Shown: positions 48,113 through 61,392 of the stretch, piece after piece
Layout: the number at the start of each line of letters is the position of its first letter
Position numbering within the stretch: the stretch's first letter is position 1
From: Podarcis filfolensis
Lineage: Eukaryota
DNA length: 64,000 bases
Assembly (NCBI GenBank): GCA_964270895.1
Contig: OZ185444.1
Reading direction: 5' to 3' (one strand)
Position numbers and translations under genes: made by a program
Notes under the pieces: generated by a model
What the model saw: only the letters and a program-made list of their open reading frames with translations
Databases searched by the model: none
Told to the model about the DNA's origin: nothing

Positions 48113-48846
48113 GGGAAATTAGAACAACAGCACTAAGGGGCACAGAATGTTGCTCTACCTGTATGCCAGGAACTCAATTTTTCACTAGGCTATACTTAAC
48201 ATGATTATGTTATGAGAGGCCAGCTATACTGAGAGGTCAGTATATTTGGCCCATAGACCAGAAGTTTTCTACCATTGCTGTAGACTAACAGTACTACATT
48301 TGGAGCAAGATTTGGGAGCACTTGGCCAGAGCAGTCTGAGTGTGCTTCAGCAGGCCTCTCTTGTTAAAGAATAATAATAATTTTAATAATATTTATAAAA
48401 TTTATATCTTGCCTACCTTTCCAGGTTTCCCCAGCATCTCTGGGAACTTACAACATAAATAAAAACACAACAAAGCATCAAACATTAAAAAACAAAATAT
48501 CCTATACAAGCAGCAAACAAATCAATAAATCAATGGAAACCAATAATAATGACAACAATAATAACAATAATAAATGCTTTACAGTTATACCCAAATTAAG
48601 ATAATCGCCAACCCCAACTAAACGTTTAATCAACATCAATAAACAGATGACTCTATGGGCCGAATTATAAAGCATATTATCATAAATGTGCAGCTACTGT
48701 CTAAAATGGAGCCCTGCAACTTGTTCATAACTTTTACTCAATAGTCCCAGCATCAGGATGATCTAGAAGATCTTATCTGATGCATTCTTCAGTTCCCCAT
48801 CCCCACTATACATGATTGCTGTTGCTTGGAAGGGAAGGGAGCAAGG

Positions 48847-49335
48847 TGTCAGGCATCAGGGAATCCGACCCCTCCACGGTAGGCTGCCAGGAATAGATAA
48901 GACAGGGAAAGTTCTTACCAATGTCTTTTATTCCATATTCACAGAGAGAGGCTTAGAAATGCAGCCTCTTGGAGCAATGGTGTTGCTCCAAGTAATTCAC
49001 ACAGCCTTCTCTCCACTTCCTCAATCGTCAGCAACACCACCCACCTGATTGTGGCCATTTAGGGTCATTTGTCTCCAAGCCCTTTGCTCTCCTACTTTCA
49101 ATGCCCACCGGGTTATGGGAGAGGGGGCCAGGTCTGGAATGCTAATGTGTCAGCCAGCTGCTCCGGCTCTGCCTCCTCCTCCTCTCCCATTATTTCCCAA
49201 CTTTGCCCTTCATCTGCCTTTGTGCTATGACCTCCCGCAAACCACTGTTGTAAATCTGTATGGTCTACCTCTTCTCTGGAAGGTTCAGGCTGGGGAGGTG
49301 GTCTCCACCACTCCACCTCTGTCCTGTCTCTGACA
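48847..49335 (-). mobile_element. Probable solo LTR
   Basis: Ends TGTCAG...CTGACA; internal AATAAA on minus (about 48937-48942); no matching TSD. Confidence 0.45.
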
Positions 49336-52300
49336 TGATGTGAAATGAGTTCTGTTAAAAGTTATAGAGGAAGGAGAGGAACTAGATGAGAAGACACTAC
49401 ATCTTTACTGTCCCTAAAGTTTTGCAGTGTTCAGTTCAAGTGCTATGTAGTTGGACTTTCTCCCCTTAATATAACTTTCTAAAAAACTTAGGCCTTTTCC
49501 AACTCACACACCTTTGTACCTGAAAACCTATTTACTCTGGTGGTTGAAATTGACAAGATTTGTACAAGTTCCCCCCTTCTAATAACTGGTTTTAGGCTTT
49601 CTAATCATTGAACATTACTAAGAAATTAGATTATTCAGCCATTATTGGTCTAAATGCACTGAGTACCATCAGATTTTGTTTTCCTTTAACTAAATAAAAC
49701 TTTATTATTATAATAAATAAGCCTGCCTAATATGTCATATCATCTAGCCTTCAGGGCTGTATCCAAGTTCATCAAGAGGAATCAGACTAGATGAAAATTT
49801 TCTACCCTTGAGGCTTCTGAATGAAAAGAGGAACTAAAATGAGATACAAACATTAATGGAGACTCATCAGCATCAGAATAAACTCAAAAATAGACATGAC
49901 ATCTTGCATTTGCATAACGCTGTCAGCTGCTACTATAGAGACAGGGATCTATTACCTCTGTTTATGCTGCTGCTAACATAATTTATAGCAATTTATTCTA
50001 TAAAAGTAGATTGTAACTGTGTTGGCTGGGAGGGGAAAAAGAAATCACCTTAGCTGCTCTGAAAATAAAAATGGTAATGTGTATAATAGATTTCTGATAA
50101 AGTAATTTGAATGGTGAGCTAATATCTAGGCTTGGCTAAATGCATTTTAGTGAACCTCATCACAACCCAGCAGCTAATCTAGATGCATTTATAGACAGAA
50201 AGATAATTCCATCTCCTGACCCATGCAACTTTTGTTGAATGGGACATGATATCATTCCACCCACAATAGCATATTCTCTAGAATTCTGGAGAGCAGCTCA
50301 CATCTGAAGAAAGAGAAAGTACTAGGATAGAGTCAAGTTTCGTTTCATTTCATGTATGCCAGCTATAAAACAAACTTCATTCTTATGCATTTATACAGTT
50401 GTTGAAGCATGATTCAAACTGCCTTAGAGGTTAGGTGCTACTGGGAGCTATCCAGGGTGCTGCCCGCTATACTTGTTCATCTGTTGGTCTTTTACATTTG
50501 TTTTCCTTGGCCTTGCTTATCTGGGCCTGCCTTTTGCTTTGCTTGACCTTGCCTTGGCTTGCTTTTGCTTTCTGGATCCTGAAATAGTGGTATGTGACCT
50601 GGTGCCCCAAGACTACGGACTCAGCTATACAGCTGCAAATAAAATGTTTTAAGTGTGTTCTAAGTGCAATATACCATGTGGCATTAGATGGCGATGGTGA
50701 GCCTTAGGGAAATTCAATGTATTTTTAAAAACGCTTTAAAAAACAACAAACCCATTTACAGAATGGTTTTTTAAAAAAATATGTGTGTGGATTCCACTTG
50801 AGTCTTCTACATGCTCCCACTTGGGCTGGAATCCTGTCCCAAGGGTGGGACTACTTCTGGGGCAGAATGCTAACTACCGGTAGTTTCCAAAAGCTCATTT
50901 ACCATGATGCAGTTAGACTCCTCAGAGATCTGGGATTGGCTGCACTTCTAGTTAACAAGTTAGTGGCTAACCTGAATTTGTTGCCATGTAATGTGCAGAA
51001 TGGCTCTTACGCCTTTCCTGTTTTTGCAAATCATTTCAGCACAGCTGTGTGGTACCATGCTGCAAAGCATCCCCAGTCCCACTGAAGAGGGTTTGCTATT
51101 ACTGATCTAAGCTGGAGACTTTTTAGTTTCAAAGTTAATTCTTCTCTAGCTTCCCCTGCCCCCCCAAGGTCATTGACACCAGGAACACCCAATCTAAGGG
51201 TGGAACCAAAAATGTATTTATGGCAAGACAACATGGGGCAGTTGCCCAGAGTGATACATTTGAGGAAGAGGCATTGCACCATCAGACATGCCTTTTAATT
51301 GGAGCTCTTTCCCAACCATTGCTCTTGCGGGGGGGAGGGGTGCACACACAAAATGCAATACGAAGGTCACAGCGCCAGTTCCTCCTTGGTTAGAGTGACA
51401 GAGAGAAAGCAGGAGGGGCAGCAGGAGAGAATGTGTGTGCACGGGGTGGTGTGTGTTTGTGCTTTGAAAATATTGGCAGGAGGGAGACAGATAAGAGACT
51501 TTGAGCTAACTCACAGGACATAGAGAATGTGAAATGAGTGATGGGCTCTGTGCTCACACCAGTCAGAAATAAATGCTACATATATAAGACAAGTAGGCTT
51601 ATGGTGTGTGAGAGAGAGTGTGTGTGTGTAGACCAATGCTCTCCTTAATCCTATTTAATTTATTACTTAGCCAGCAGAGTAAACAGTGGAGTTAAAAGTT
51701 CCTTTTTTTCTCCCCTGCCTTCTAAAACAACCAGCTTGATGATATGCGATACCGTCCACAAGATGGGGAGTGAAGTGTCCAGCCTGTCAAGATCAGGCTG
51801 GCAGCACCAGCACGGAAACTGACTCATTCCAAAGCAACTCTAGGGTAGCTGCTTGTTGGCTTCACAGTGGCAGCTAAGTCCTGCACAGGAGGGAAAGTCT
51901 GAAAATTGGATCTGTGCCTTGTGCGAGGGATTCCTCTCCTTGCAGGCCGAGCTCAAGTCACAATCCAGCAGGAGCACAGGGTTGGGGAAGCTGGTTCCTC
52001 AGAAAAGTCACGGCCAAGAATACCGGTAATTCCCAATTAAGCTGACACGGCACTGCCACCATGATTTGCAATAAAGCTGTGACACCATTGGGAATTGAGA
52101 GAGGAGAAGAATTTGAGTATTTAGGAAACCAACAAAAGAGTAAATGTTAAGTTGGGCTTGTATGCAGGAGGAAGGGAAAGGTGTATGCTTGAGAAAGCTG
52201 GAAGTGAGAGAGAGATGGGTCAGAGTAAAGGACTCAGGGTGTGGGTAGGTGGGGGTCATATACCATCGAAACAAGGTGGATGTTGATTTGATTTTTTATA

Positions 52301-53831
52301 TATTTTAGTCCATGTATTTAGTCCACTTCCTATGAAACATCCCTAAGTGATTAGCAACAATATTCTCCTCAGAGGAGAGTGCGTTAGAGCCAGCATCTGA
52401 CATGTGCTTTAAGGTGCCATTAGGACACCAATATTCTAAGTTTAAGTGGCTTCATTATGGGTCATGTTGGCCATCCCTGCCCTTAAATATCAACCACCTA
52501 ATCTGTCCCGTAAGAGATGCAGGGCTCTTACAATACACTTTCTCACTAAGGACTTCGAATAGTCTTAACCAATAAGAGACATGATTTCTGCCCTGTTGAC
52601 ACAATGTGCTACCACAGTTCAAGTAAGAAAGACAATCTTGCTTGACTGTACGTGGAGCATTGCTTTAAAAATACAGGCTGGCTCCTTTCGAACAGCCTTA
52701 GCTTCACGGCTCCTATAGCTCACTGTTTTGTGCCTGACTTGCTCAGCTGAGCTGCTTTGGAAAAATGAACTAATATTGATACTTGTTTCTGAGCTGAAGG
52801 GATAATGCTTTAATCCTCTTAGGGTGGGATTCTGACTCCACTGAAATCAACAGCCAGATTCCCAATGGTTTCCGTGGGAGATTAGGTTTTTGAGGAGGGA
52901 TTTGAATGGGGTAACTTGACAGAGAGAGGCTTTTCTAAGCAGTGGACACAATATGGACACAGGCACAATGGAGGTCTGTAGGGCAATGAATCTCTTTAAC
53001 CTCAAAGGCAATTTTTTCATGACCTGAAAATATTCATTTCCCTCATTATTCTTACTGCCTTCATAGTCCAAAATGTTATTAGCAAACATATAAAATTAGC
53101 CAACCCTCTTTAAAATCTAGCTCCAGTGTTGGGTTGGAGTGACCTCTTGGGGCAATGAATTCTATAGGTTAATGCTATGCTGCACCAAGAATTATTTCTT
53201 GTCTTATTGGTTCACAACCTGTTGCCCTTTAAAGTCAGCAAGTGGCTGCTGCTTCTCGTAATGTTGGGGGGTGAGGTAAAGAGAGAGAATCAATCTATTT
53301 TGCAGCAAATCTTTCATCATCCTGTATGCCTCAGACATGCCACCTTGTAACCATTCACCCTTGCAGGCTAAATGGCTCTCATCCTGCAATCCTTCACCTT
53401 ATGCAAATTCATCTGCGTTGCTCTGTTGACCTTCACCAGACCTTCCCAATGACTTCTACATATCTTTCCTTCACTAAACACCCTCCTGAAAAGCAAACTA
53501 TTCTGACCCACAACTTCTTGTGTTATTCAAAAGGTCAATTCCTATGTCTGCACTGATTTATGATGATGAATGTGATTCCCCCCCCATTCCTATTAATTGC
53601 CCCCTAATCTTCAAAGAGATGCAGATGCTCAGCTTCTTTAAATTCAACGCAGATGCACCAACTTCCGTTTTTTAAATAAAGGGATTTCATTTTGTTTGTT
53701 TGTTTATAAAATCATTTGGCCCTAGTATCACATTGTGGACTTGAAGTGTGCCCGCAAACGGGCTCACAATAAAAGAAGAGAAGCACAATAATATCCATTT
53801 ACAATACTATAAAACTGTGCTGAAGATAATC

Positions 53832-54185
53832 TTTTTTTTAATTTTAAATTTTTTATTAATTTACATCAAAAAGCAAACAAAGCAAACAAAAAACAGAAAG
53901 AAAAGAACATGTTAGTTTCACATCAAATTTTTCACAGCTTATTCCTTTTCTGGACTTCCTTCAGCTTTTCCGTAAATCATCCATAGTTATTGTTTATATT
54001 ACGCATTTCTTAGTTTTATATTGACATTATTTATATCTTACTTTCTATTCCCTTTAGACAATATTTCTTAATTTTTCACAGTGCTTCTTTAAATCCTATT
54101 AGTGTTATCTGTCCCTCACTTATATATTCCAGATATTCCACAAATTTCCCCCAGTCCTCGATGAACTTTTGGTCTCTTAAGTATC
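53832..54185 (-). mobile_element. 5'-truncated L1 with poly-A tail
   Basis: Encodes RDQKFIEDWGKFVEYL; perfect 17-bp TSD ctgtgctgaagataatc (53815-53831, 54186-54202). Confidence 0.85.
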
Positions 54186-56577
54186 CTGTGCTGAAGATAA
54201 TCAACCAAAACACTATCTGCAAGAAGACAAGACATTCAAAGCCTGATTAAAAGCTAGGTAGAATAAGATCTTCTTAGTTGATTGCCTAAGCTTAAAAGAG
54301 AAGGAGGCAGCCGAACCTGTTGAGGATGTTCTATCTCTAAATTTCCTACTCTGAGCAGGAGATTGGACTACTTGGACCACCAGCAACACTCTAGGAATAC
54401 TCTAGGAACCTCTCTATGGTGGAAGTTCCACAGCCTGGGTGCTGCAACTAAAAAGGCCATACTCCAACCAACCATATTTCATAGATGGTGGGTCATGGAG
54501 CAAGGCCTCTGATGATGACTGCTTTGAGCACATTGCAAGCAGGCACCTGTTAAACTTTGGTTGCCTTTCAGGATCCCCTCTAACCCCAGAGTTCCCTCTC
54601 CTCCCTTCAGCTGGAAGGATCATCTCATCCAAGCTCTGGTGATGCATTCAAACACATCAAGGGATTTCTGATAGAACCTTCTCCTTAGCATAATTAACTT
54701 GTGGCCCTCCAGGTGTTGTTGGAATCCAGTTCCCATCAGCCCAGAGATTAATTAATTTAAAGGAATGTTATTCCACTCTTTAGCCAAAAAGGCTTTCAAC
54801 ACAACTTCAGGATCACTAAAAAAAAGTCCTGTCAGTCGTAACATCTAAAAAGACACAACCTAAGTGGAAAATGGATTGGGAGGGAGGAGGAAATGAGCAA
54901 ACTCAGCTATGATTTTTAATTACCAGTTCTTCTAATGACCAGCTAGGTGGAAGAGTTCATGGAGAGAATGTGCTAAAAACGCTGTTAATTCCAGTGCTGT
55001 CTCCCTCTCCAAAGATTTTCAGATGACAGCACCTCTAAAAGTGCAGTTTAGGTTTTAGAACATGAAATTGTTGAATGGTTTCTTTAAATGTAAAGGTTCA
55101 TCATTGTTCCACCCGATGTGTATGTCTTTAAGGGGCCAGAGCAAGGGCCGGAGCAAGATAACGAGACCCAGCTTTACAGCTGTGAAACATAGCAGGTGCT
55201 GCTGAGTTGTATTTGATTAAGGTGTGTCAGCATTTGGGTGTAGTATATAAGGAGCAGCACCTAGCTCTCCCATTACCCTGGGGGATGGGTTGGTGGTTCG
55301 GTCTGGTTTGGTTGCTAATGTATTTAGTGTAAAAGGAGTTTTTCTTTTTCTTATTAAAACCTTGTTTAAGTTACTCTTGAGTCCTTTTTTTTTAAATGCA
55401 TGGTCTCCCCAGCAAGCTCTCTGCAGCGCTACCATACTGCAAACAGCCAACAGAAATAGGAATACAAGCTTTTTAATCTCAACCAGTTCATATATGAGTT
55501 AACACTTATTTCCCTCCTCTCTTTCCATTGAGTGGTATTTGCATTCAAATTTCACAAAAAAACCCCAGTCAAAATCTAACACACAGAAAACACACAAACC
55601 AATTTCCTCCCATTTAAAACCTAATTGCAGTGGAACAGCTGAAAGAAGAGACTGACATAACTTTCTTCTTCAGGGAGAGAGGCGTTTTCTTGTATTCATT
55701 CATGAATGTCAGACAAGCAATTGGTAAGCTGTTCAATTGCACAAATCTCCATTAAATGCAGATGTCAGTCGGAGAAAATATAAATGTTCTGAAGTTTTTT
55801 AAAAATGCAAGAGAACAATTTCTGCCCCAAATGGTCAATGGCTCAGGGATTCATAAATTCAGCTGCACAGATGCCAGTGGTGATTTAAAAAATTGTGTCT
55901 GGCAAATAACACCCCTGAAAAGGCAGAAAATAGACTTCCATTTCTTCCATGTGTGCAAGACCTGGCAACTTTTAATATGATTTCCCCACCCAATTGTCTT
56001 CCTTGTCATCTTTTCTAACCCTATGTCACTTTGCCATCCTTTATCATCTCTGCAACCATTTTGCTTATTCTTTTTTGCTCTCCCTTTAGACTCAAACTGC
56101 CGTTTTCCTCTTTTCTCCTAGTTCCCAGTCAAAGCTATAGCCACTGTAGGCTCAGTCTTGGAGTTGGGTATATATATGTACAATCAGAAGATACAAACAT
56201 GTTGGGGAAATGGTGCAGCTGCATCGTCATCCAAGGAAATGTAGCCGGACTCTCAACTGGAGAGCCAACATAATGCTCCATGGACACAGAGGGAACCAAT
56301 GTGTCCATGGAATTGGGGTGGGGTGTGGGGGGAGTGCATTTTGCAACATTGGATTCACCCAACATGGAGAACCAGGTAGAAACACCAGTTGCAGCCAGAG
56401 GAAAATCTGAGCTACCCTCTGCTGTAGCGGCCCTCCACACATGCTCCTAGGATGGCTAGCTTGAATCCGCTTGTGACAAATGTGACAGACTCACTCACTA
56501 AAGATGGGCAATGAAAATGACTGGGTGTACAACAGGTTCAACTCTCCCTGTTAATAACACTAGAGAAGTCTGTTTTA

Positions 56578-58490
56578 GAGCTTCCGGTTAGTGCCAGCAA
56601 CTGTAATGGCGGATTTCCTCCGATCTCCGGAGGAAATCTGCTTCGTGGAGCTAGGGTTCTACCGCTACGGCGAAGCGGGGACCCGAAAAAAATCACAGGC
56701 GGGGAAGCCTGTGAACTGAAGGCTCGGCGGGCTCCATGTGCGTCCCCCCCCCGCTGCAAAGGAGCCTTTTTAAAGGCTCCGGAACATACCAGGGGTGCGC
56801 GGCGCGGAGCTGAGAGCTGTCTACCCGTCTCCGCGAAGCGAAGCCGCATGCCATGGTTGGAGAGCGCTGACTTCTTCCTTTGAAATTTGGACTAAAAGTA
56901 ACAACCCGTGAGTATTACGGAAATTGGACATTAAAAATCACCCCTTTTTGATTCGGCACGAGCGGGGAAGGCGTAAAGAGGAAGTCCGTCTCCCCCTTTT
57001 GTAAACATTTTAAAGCAAGGACTAGATAACTAAGGTTGAAAAGAACATTTTCTTCGTGGGAAGTCAAAAGTAACTAATTTCACGTTTTGGCAGTATAAGT
57101 GAATGTGCTGGAGGATAAGAATTAATTTTGAAAGTGGATTGATACCCCTCCCCCAGGACCTGGGAGCGATCCGCGAGGGAGCCTGTTGGAGAGATTTAAA
57201 AGACTTTGACAGCTGTCAAATTAGCTGTCAAAGCTGAGAGGGAAAAAAGAGAGAGAACTTTGTTTCTATTGCCTCGGCTGGTTATATTGGTTACATATAG
57301 GTAACAAATTGTCGAAAATCAAGGAAAATAAAGGACTTTTGGATTTACAACTGGAAGGAATACTAAGTAACCAGCACTCCCCTAGAGGGGGCTCTGGGAC
57401 ATTACAGAATGGCTGTAAGTGGAAAAATACAGACGGCACTCGAGAAGATATTTTGAAGCCTGGGAAAACTTCATGAACAAAGCATTGTTTTGGCTAAAAA
57501 TGTCATAATATTGAACGAAAAAGCAAACAAACCTGTGGAAATTGGAAGGGACTCGACTCAAGTCTCTGTACCAGAACAAAAAGACTGTGCCCTTGAACTA
57601 AAAACTCTTGCAGCTGAACAAGAAAAGGAACTTGAGAAATTTGAAGAAGCTACATATGACAACTTAGAGGGAAAGGAAGGAGGAGCTATAATGCAGCAGA
57701 GGATCAAAGAAAGAAGCAAAAAACAAGATTTGGATTACAATCATAAATATGGAGACCTGGCAGGCCAGAGGCCTGTAAAGATGGACTTAAAGGGAAAGAT
57801 AAATTTGACCAAAGTGGAAGCAGGAGTTTTTGGGACATTTGGTCTTAAAAGAAGTAAAAAACAAGATTTGGATTACAATTTTAAATATGGTGGCCTGGCA
57901 GGAAGAAGTATGGACCTTATGGGGACAGAGCTTCTCCGAGATCTGGCGTTTAACATAAAGGACTATCAGAAAAACCGGCAGAGAGGAAAGGAAAGAGATT
58001 TAAGGGCCTCGGATGTGAGATCACCAGGCTGATACCAGATGGACTGATGGACATTGGTTGGGGATTGAAACTGGGAAAAGTGGGGAGTGGGGTTTTGGGT
58101 ATCCAAAGGCGGTATAAATATATTCTTTTTTGTAAATAATCTGTTTTGCTATTTTAGATTAAAATGGGGAAATCGTGAAATGGAATTGGGGTCGACTTTA
58201 GAAAAAGGTATTAAGAATAAGATTTGATGTATCAAGATTGAGATTTATGTCAAAATTGGTTAAACAAAAGGATTTAAATATAATAAGGTAAAATTTGGGG
58301 ATAGGAACTTGTTGAACTAAAAATTGAATTGGAATACAAGAAGAGGAGATGTGGGGAAGTCAAGGAAAAATGTTAATGAAAGATATATGTTTGCTTTTGG
58401 TTTTTTTTTTGTGTGTGTGTGTGTTTTGTTTTTTTGTTTTTTTTTAAATTCTTTTGAAAACTTCAATAAATATTTTATGGAAAAAAAAAA
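56578..58490 (+). mobile_element. 1.9-kb full-length non-autonomous L1-like retroelement with a 180-codon ORF and no EN/RT
   Basis: Perfect 16-bp TSD agagaagtctgtttta (56562-56577, 58491-58506); CpG-rich 5' end with CTTCCGG and ATGGCG; AATAAA at 58465-58470; poly-A; ORF 57490-58032. Confidence 0.85.
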
Positions 58491-58779
58491 AGAGAAGTCT
58501 GTTTTAACTATTTGTGGTAGTGTTTTATTAAACCATACTCAGGTGTTTTACTTCTGTGAAGGATGCCCTGTGTCCACGTATTCCCCATTCAGAGGTTCAC
58601 AATAATGAGAAGGCATTTCTGGAACAAAACTAGATTAATAATAATTTATAATAATAATAGTATTTTTGTACCCTGCCCGCTCTGGACAGCTTCCAGCATA
58701 ATATACAGAAACAACAGAACACCACACATTAAAGGCATTCTGATAGAGGGCTGCCTTCAGATGTTTCCCAAAGGTCGTA

Positions 58780-58930
58780 TAATGATTTTTCGCTTTGACA
58801 TCTGATGAGAGGGCATTTCACAGGGTGGACTCAACTGCTGAGAAGGGCCCTTTGCCTGGTTCCCTTCTTGTAGTGAGGGAACAACCAGAGAGCCCTTGGA
58901 GCAGGACCTCAGTGTCTGGGCTGAACGATG
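58780..58930 (-). mobile_element. L2 ORF2 3' fragment
   Basis: Reverse complement resembles the L2 segment at 11150-11220 (...ccctcatcagatgtcaaag). Confidence 0.5.
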
Positions 58931-59394
58931 GGAGCTTTATATTTTATTTACACTCAAGGAGGGTTTTTAGCTTGATGACTACTCATGCAAGGCACAATTC
59001 TTCGTTTCAGGCAAACACTCTTTTCAAAGAACTTTAAAACCTTAATCAGCACCATTATTTAAAGTTTATTTCAGGATAAATTATTTCCACCTAGAATGGG
59101 GCCCCCCAGACTGCCACTATTTTGCAGGAGGGGTATCCAGTACATACTGGAAATTTAGTTGTGCAAACAAAGTAGATTAAAGTGCTCTTGCCCAAGAACA
59201 GCAAATCCAGCTGTTTAAAAAAGAAGAAAAACCCTGACTTTTGCAGTTAGGAAAGTGATGAGATAATGAACCAAAAATTGTGGGCAGACTTATAAAGTTT
59301 ACACTGTTGTAGAACATCCCTGAAAACAAATCAGCATGAATACTTAATAAAGACTGGACTAAAGGTGCTTTCAGATGGCCACTATTTTCAGGTG

Positions 59395-59545
59395 CAGAGG
59401 ACGAGATGGTTGGACAGTGTTCTCGAAGCTACCAGCATGAGTTTGACCAAACTGTGGGAGGTAGTGGAAGACAGGAGTGCCTGGCGTGCTCTGGTCCATG
59501 GGGTCACGAAGAGTCGGACACGACTAAATGACTAAACAACAACAA
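59395..59545 (+). mobile_element. 5'-truncated BovB (RTE) LINE 3' end
   Basis: ...ctggtccatggggtcacgaagagtcggacacgactaaatgactaaacaacaacaa; perfect 11-bp TSD attttcaggtg (59384-59394, 59546-59556). Confidence 0.9.
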
Positions 59546-60887
59546 ATTTTCAGGTGAGATTCAAGCACAGCCCGACAAATTCAGACAGCACAATTAAAGC
59601 TGATTTAGGGCTCTGGCAAAAAAACAAAAACAAAAAACCCTCTCCCCCAATATCAGACTTTTTGCAATAAGGAAAACTATGAGAAAATGCACTGGAAAAT
59701 GTGAGATAACTCTGGCTTTGAAAGGTCATCTAAACTCCCCACAAACAAATGGGTATGACTGCTCATTAAACAGGTAATGCCGTCTAATCTCTCTGCAAAC
59801 AAACCAGGTTGAATTCTCCTGAAACAAGTCATCTGGAAGCAAACATAGCCTCACCTTTGTGTCAGCTTTGTGCAATGAGATCAGGATGAATGCTCAATAA
59901 AACAGGTTGTCTGGAAGGGGCTAGAGGAGGAGGAGGAGGAAGCCGAATGTGTCAAAGGAGAGCTCAAACCCAGGTAGGGTTTGCCAAGGCAATGCACCAC
60001 CACATCTGGGCTAGAAAGCACACAGGAGCATATTACATCTCTTCTGATGGCTGGGATGGGAATGAAGTGGTAATGAGCAAGATGCATATGCATGCAGGTG
60101 CAGGAAATGACATACAGGCAGGAAGACAGTGCATATGCCACTCGAGAAACAAGTCACTGTATGCAATCCAGTGGGCATGGGGAGGCAGCCAACTCCACCT
60201 TGCCTGAACCCAAGGGGTTCTGTGAATGGTTTTGGCAATGGCTTGTCTGGCATTCTGCTGCTCCTGTAACCCCTGAGCTGAGGGCTCTTTGGTACACGGT
60301 TGCCCCATTTAGATAGCAAGACTCTTGGGGTGAAATTATTATTTTGCAGCATCTTTGATTTCAGTGGTAGTTCTCAGTGCACTCTTGGTTTTCCTTGTCA
60401 CTTACGCAGGGCACCCCACCCCCCGCTATTCCAAATGAAACAAAATAGTCCGCAAGGAAAATAGTTTATTCTGTGGAAAATCACAGTCTGCCAGCAGTGC
60501 ACACATTATAGAGATTACAGCATTAAAAATTTAATTTGAGAAATTCTAAAACACTTCATATTAAAAACTCCCTGAGATATACTTAAGAGAAAATGCTTGT
60601 AGAACTCATAAGCTAAGCAATGCTTTAGTTATGAAATGTTAAACTATGCTTTAATTTATCAAGATCAAGTTTGTGTCACGAATATTACATTTCCATTAAT
60701 GCAGGATATAATTTTCTGTTCTTTTACTTTCGTCTTTTTTGGCAGCTCCCTGCTGTAATTTTTTTTTCTGGGGGGGGGGGAGGTTAAGGGAAAATATATA
60801 CATGATTCAATTATATTAATGTACATTGTATGTTTTTTGGAGAATCAGTGATACCCTGGGTCCCTTCCAAACCTGTGATCCTGTATC

Positions 60888-61392
60888 TGTGAGGATACAA
60901 GGGAACTTGGAGAACCAGTCAAACTAGTTCCTTTGTTAAGGTAATGGCTCAAGCCAGTCAGTTGTACTCATCATTCACATCTTAAAAAGTGGGCTCTGTT
61001 GCTATGGAGACAAATGGGTGGGCCTTTTCCCACCTCACCTGGCTGGATGCCTCATCATCCTAGGATGAAAAAGAGGCCAAGACGGGGGAGGGCTGTATAT
61101 GTGAAAATTGTATGAGTTTGTCTCATGCTGGAAGCTGGACACACGGAGACAAGTGTGCTCTGTGCTGAACCCCAACTGTCTGGAGGCTGCCCTGGAAACC
61201 TAATAGGGATGCAAAATCTGCTGATGTGTTAAATACTGTGAGCCCTTCCATCTTATGCCCAGGTTGTATTTATGTGTAAAGAAAACCATATGTCCGAAAG
61301 ACACCGCAGTCTCTGCTGACCTTCATTCCAAGGAAACTGAACACTTGGTAATGGTGGGAACCCTCGCTTGCAGATTGGGGTGGCACTCAAAA
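60888..61392 (+). mobile_element. Probable solo LTR inserted in a SINE tail
   Basis: Starts TGT, contains a TATA-like tgtatat and a degenerate poly(A) region; 5-bp flanks gtatc / gtatt. Confidence 0.5.

Noticed and set aside
50470-50640. Lys/Gln-rich minus-strand frame after an acceptor
   Set aside because: Arises from degenerate (CTTTG)-like repeats in what looks like an LTR fragment.
55690-55990. Candidate conserved non-coding enhancers (also 62030-62140 and 63770-63960)
   Set aside because: Repeat-free and motif-rich in appearance, but conservation cannot be judged without an alignment.
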